Positions 39,746-44,493 of a stretch of DNA of 44,493 nt are shown piece by piece. The notes beneath the pieces are model-generated. The model was not told the origin of the DNA and did no database searches. It saw only the letters and a list, made by a program, of their open reading frames with translations. A program made the position numbers and the translations under genes. The first letter of the stretch is position 1; every line of letters starts with the position of its first letter. Source of the DNA: Guillardia theta CCMP2712 (Eukaryota; Protista; Cryptophyta); assembly GCF_000315625.1 (NCBI RefSeq), contig NW_005434415.1, positions 8,137 through 52,629 on the forward strand, given 5' to 3'.

Positions 39746-40219
39746 ATGTCCGACCCCCGTCCTGTCGCTCGCATCACTCCCCGCCGTAACCGCCTCCAGA
39801 TGACCTCCTCCCACTCCAAGAAAGCCTCCATCGCACTCTCCTACGACAGCATCGCCGCGCTCTTCCCCCTCCGTCAGGTCGACGCCGCCAAGACCCTGGT
39901 GAGTCCCATGCGCGACCCTCCGCGAGGATGAGGACAAGGCTGACTGGACGTGCTGCAGGGGGTCTCGCTCACGGCACTCAAGAAGGCCTGTAAGCAGGTC
40001 GGGATCGCGGGCTGGCCCTACTCGAGGCAGCACCAGGGCCGCAGCAGCGCCAACCAGCCGTCAAGCGAGCAGCCGAGCGAGGAGGACGGGGAGGGCGGGG
40101 AGGGCGGGGAGGGCGGGGAGGACAGGAGGGAGGGTCAGATGTACATGGCGAGGGGGCTTTTTGAGGAGGCGCTCGAGCATGTAGAGGGGAGAACAGCTGT
40201 GCGTAGGAGAGGGGGGTAG
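39746..40219 (+). CDS. RWP-RK domain transcription factor, copy 1 (intron 39899-39958)
   Basis: LSYDSIAALFPLRQVDAAKTL|GVSLTALKKACKQVGIAGWPYSR matches the RWP-RK consensus (..F.LP..EAA..LGVS.T.LKR.CR..GI.RWP.R). Confidence 0.9.
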
Positions 40220-41884
40220 AGGGGGTCGTCATGGCGTGTGAGGCCCAAGACAAATGGACTGAGAAAGAAGAAGGAACAGAAGCAGAGGCAGAATGGATGA
40301 AATTCTGCAACTAGATCGTCGCTCGTTGATGTGTCATGTAACTGATTGAAAATGAAATGAATGAATTATATGACTAAAAATGGTTGTCTACATGCACTCG
40401 AGTCATTCACCGGTAAGTTTTGGGGCATCAATTATCCGATTAGTCGACAATCATCTGCGCTGAACGTCGCTCCGAAGTTCCTTGCTGCAAATAAGCTCTT
40501 CTTGAGCCAAAAACAATGAAACCGGGTTACGGTCGGGCTTGCCCGGACTTGGGTCAGCGGAGACCAAATCAACGGTTCAAGCTCAGTGCAGTGGCCGGCA
40601 GTGGAGACAGAGGGCGGCTCCTGCCGAACTTGTCACAGTGACGGTGACCATAGCGCATGTGTTTGAACTTCGGAATCAGCCCACTGTTATTGTCGGATCC
40701 AGGAGGTTATGCTGTAACTGAGTGCGGTATGGGAGTTCTAATGCTACAGCGAATACATCAGCAATCACTGACTGTACCACTGTGACTGAGGACTGGAGTG
40801 GGTCGACGGTCTTTTAGTAATGGAACCGCCCTAAAACTTGAAACGGTTTTTTATACCGTGCTGACGCACCGTGTCATATGACGCCGCATATCAAAATGGT
40901 ATGGGATGTTCAATATGTTACAGTCATGTACCGGGTGCTGCACACCGTCGGACACGTAAGGCTACACTACTGACCGGGTATCCGAGTCATGGCTTCAATA
41001 CCGTCAAACTTTGGTCCCGCGGCTAAACTTGAAAGACCGTCACAGGCTTGCCACCGTCCGCACGGAACCACAGGCTTGCCAGTGACACACGGTGCGGCTG
41101 CCAACTGAATGGAAGTTCAACTCAGTGCGACACCGTCACGGCCTTCCCGTCAGACCGTCGCCGCGCCGCGATGATTGTCAGCATGTCATAGTCAAGCCCA
41201 GGCCGCGGTATCACCCGGTGACCGTCCGATCGGTGCTGCCGGCCCCGGTCGGGCCCCGGCGGCGGCCCGGGCCTGCCACCGTGCCATCCGATCTGCGGAC
41301 TCCGTTCCGGAACTTGTGACTTGGCCTGCAGTGCCGCTGTGCGGCGACGGGCAGTGCTAACCGGGCCACGACTGACAGTTCCGGCGAGTCCCGAAGTGCA
41401 ACGCCGCGGCCGCGGCGGGTTCGCACTAACTGTTCGGTCTTCAGGCTTCGGTACGCCGGATCAGTGACGCCCGGGCCGCTCAGGCACTCGCCCGGCCGGG
41501 GCCCGCAGTGCGTCACTAGTCCAGTCCGAGCCTCCCTCAGTCCCGGCTCGGAGTCACTTTTATTGAGTAAAAGTTGTCTGCCTGTCATTTAAAAAGGGCG
41601 GGGGTACCGTGACTAGGGTTAACACCTCCTTGTGGTAAATTTCATCCCCCACGGCATTTCTACCCGACTTTTACGCCTCCCCCCCCAACACACGCTATAC
41701 CTTGCTGCTCCTTGCTGAAGATACCCTCTCAATCCATCTCGATCTTCCGCTCCCTGTTGCATCCATCTCCTGCCACACCGTCTACTGCCCTACTGCCCTC
41801 AGCCTTCTTCGGTGCTCCTCTTCGGACACAGCCTCCTTCCCTCCTCCTCTGTGCCTTCCTCCTATACCTCCTCCTCCTTCCTCC

Positions 41885-42341
41885 ATGTCCGACCCCCGTC
41901 CTGTCGCTCGCATCACTCCCCGCCGTAACCGCCTCCAGATGACCTCCTCCCACTCCAAGAAAGCCTCCATCGCACTCTCCTACGACAGCATCGCCGCGCT
42001 CTTCCCCCTCCGTCAGGTCGACGCCGCCAAGACCCTGGTGAGTCCCATGCGCGACCCTCTGCGAAGATGAGGACAAGGCTGACGGGGACGTGCTGCAGGG
42101 GGTCTCGCTCACGGCGCTCAAGAAGGCCTGTAAGCAGGTCGGGATCGCGGGCTGGCCCTACTCGAGGCAGCACCAGGGCCGCAGCAGCGCCAACCAGCCG
42201 TCAAGCGAGCAGCCGAGCGAGGAGGACGAGGAGGGCGGGGAGGACAGGAGGGAGGGTCAGATGTACATGGCGAGGGGGCTTTTTGAGGAGGCGCTCGAGC
42301 ATGTAGAGGGGAGAACAGCTGTGCGTAGGAGAGGGGGGTAG
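41885..42341 (+). CDS. RWP-RK domain transcription factor, copy 2 (intron 42038-42098)
   Basis: Near-identical to copy 1; 6 aa shorter in the EGG repeat. Confidence 0.9.
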
Positions 42342-43099
42342 AGGGGGTGGTGCGAATGGTACGGTAGGTGAGGGGGAGGAGGATGAAGTTCGGGAGTAGC
42401 GAGATCCTACTGGAATGATTGACGTTAACGTTGATACCTTGAGGTGGTTCGAGTGTATGACGAGTAAACTTATGCTATAGTGCTCCTGACAGTCTTGATG
42501 AAACCTTGAACTTAACCGCACTGTTCAATGCTAGTCCTTCAATCTGACTCATTGAAGGACTGATCATCATCAAGGCATGCCATTAGTACCGTACGGCCAA
42601 CAAGGATCAGGCTGCGAGCTCGGACCGTTTACAAGCCGCCGGGCGCTGCCGGGGCACGGCCCCATCACGGCCCGCCGGACTCCGGGACTCAGCCCGGACT
42701 GGCGGCGCGGCGGACTGCCGCTGCTTACTAAGTTAACGGGCACCCGCGTCACCCGTACTACCGTACACTTGCCAGTGCCGCCGCAGTCACGGCGCCGGGC
42801 CGGGGCGGAGGCACCACCGGTCCGAACTTCCGAGAAGTTCCCAAAACGCAATGACGGTCTGGAACTTCGGAAGCCGGGCGGCCCGGCCCTCAGCCTGCCG
42901 CTGACTCGCCCGGAGGCCGCTCAGCTGAGGTCGGCCCGGCGCCCGGCCGGTCCCGGAACTGCCGCGCCTAGCCTACGGTAGTCAGTGCCAGTGCCATCGG
43001 CAGTTCGAAAGTTCCCGGGCCGGCCGCCGGGCCGGGCGACGGGGATCCAGGGAGACTTGAATCGATTAGAATCAAATTTGGCACGTGCGGGAGACGGCA

Positions 43100-44493
43100 A
43101 TGGCGCGCAAGCACAAAAAGAGGAGGACGCACGTGGAGGAGGACACGCAGGTGAAGAGGAGGAGAAGAGGACAGGGAGGAGGAGATGAGGAGCTTTGTTG
43201 CGATGAGAGAGAAGTTGTTGTTGCTTCGGTCCCTTTCCCCATCTTTCCTCTCCTCGACTGGTTTTTTCTTTTCTCTGGCATCTGCACCTCTGCCACTGTC
43301 ACTCAATGCAGCACGTAATTTCATGCCGTCATCACATCGTCCTTGTTTATTCTTTCCCATGCTCACTGCTCTCTGGCTACTTGACTGTATGGCATCTGAC
43401 GGCTGCTGCAGGAGAAGACTGGAGGAGAAAAAGTCCCAAAGTCGTTTGTGATCAGGAGGTGTGTAGACTGAGAAATTCTCTTTGAGAAATTCTCTTTGAG
43501 AAATTCTCTTTGAGAAATTCTCTTTTCCCTCCCGCAACGCATGAAATTACCGAGGTCTCGTACTCTTTGCGATACCTTGTTACGACACATGCAACATGGA
43601 TACCCCAGTGTCCTCCTTCTACCTTTCTGACGTCGCTGCCCCTTGCTGCGACGTCGTTTCGGAGGGAGGGTACATGACATTTCCTCGCATGCTGATCCTA
43701 TCACGGCAGGGGAAAGGTCCCTGCCCTTGTCCGGGAGCTGATCAAAGACACGAGGAGGTAGGCTGGTCATTCGAGAGCCGCTGGGGCCGATGACAAGTGC
43801 CAGGATGATGTCGCCGTACTGCGCGTTGAAGTTGAAGGAGCGCAAGTCGAACAATCTCAAGGTGAGGGTCAGGGAAGGAGGAGGAGGAGGAAGAGGAGGG
43901 GGAAGGAGGGGGGGGGCGGGGGGGAATGCAGTAGGAAAATTTTGTAGTGACGGAGGCTGATGGGGATGGGGCCAGGACTACGTCGCTCTTTCCGGCACCC
44001 TTGGGGTCTCGCACATGCTCTGCTTCTCCACCACAGAGCTGGTGAGGAGAAGGAGGAGGGGGGAAGCAGGAGGAGGAGGAGGAGGAGGAGAAGGAGGAGG
44101 AGGAGGAAACGCAGCATGAACCTGGAGCAGGGGACTTACCTCCGGCTCGCCAAGATGCCTAGGGGTCCTACCCTCTACTTCAAGGTAGGATCAGCTGGGG
44201 TGTGTGCTGGGGCCGTGCTGAGGGAGTGAGAAGGTGGAGGAGTACTCGCTGTCCAAGGACATCGCAGCGTCTCAGCGTCGGCCGCACTCACCGGGGACTG
44301 AGTACCTTGTCTCCCCGCTCATCGTCCTCAACAACATGCAGGTAGCTGGGGATGAGCTGGGGAAGGGGAGGGGGAGGAGGAGGAGGAGAGCTGGGGAGAA
44401 GCTGGATTGGATGGTTGCTGACATGTCTGTCAGTCGGATGAGAGGCACGTGAAGTTGACGGACGTGATGATGCAAAATCTATTTCCTGCCATC
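43100..44493 (+). CDS. PPAN: Brix-domain ribosome biogenesis protein Peter Pan/Ssf1 (5' part, runs off window)
   Basis: MARKHKKRRTHV, KVPKSFVIRRGKV, LIKDTRRMMSPYCALKLKERKSNNLKDYV, LGVSHML, YLRLAKMPRGPTLYFKVEEYSLSKDI, SPLIVLNN, MMQNLFPAI. Confidence 0.93.
43469..43524. repeat. 14-bp tandem repeat (TGAGAAATTCTCTT) x4, intronic in PPAN
   Basis: Seen directly; each unit contains the near-palindrome GAGAAATTCTC. Confidence 0.9.

Overview
Intron-dense, microsatellite-rich eukaryotic nuclear DNA with many ~45-60 nt introns. It is most consistent with a cryptophyte alga (inference from the bipartite plastid-type presequence, RWP-RK genes and intron style). Host genes assembled by hand from exons: a partial unknown gene, a PH-domain protein, an enolase with signal and transit peptide, a tandem HPt/pseudo-HPt protein, SDH2, a small KEN-box/D-box protein, a small CREST-like membrane protein, a coiled-coil hypothetical, a DHHC palmitoyltransferase, a large low-complexity hypothetical, two near-identical RWP-RK genes and the 5' part of PPAN/SSF1. 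The main anomaly is a ~7.6 kb AT-rich, intron-free, virus-like element (~20467-28030) inside the last intron of the membrane-protein gene, whose exons still join in frame across it. The element carries an uninterrupted 2132-aa modular fibre/adhesin-like ORF, a 79-aa ORF, a nested-palindrome block and a terminal tandem-repeat array. It shows no recognisable capsid, polymerase or integrase gene. Intergenic DNA contains recurring CpG-dense motif blocks and GGGGTA/AT-core blocks. Two assembly gaps are present. All gene models and family assignments come from reading the sequence by eye, with no database search.
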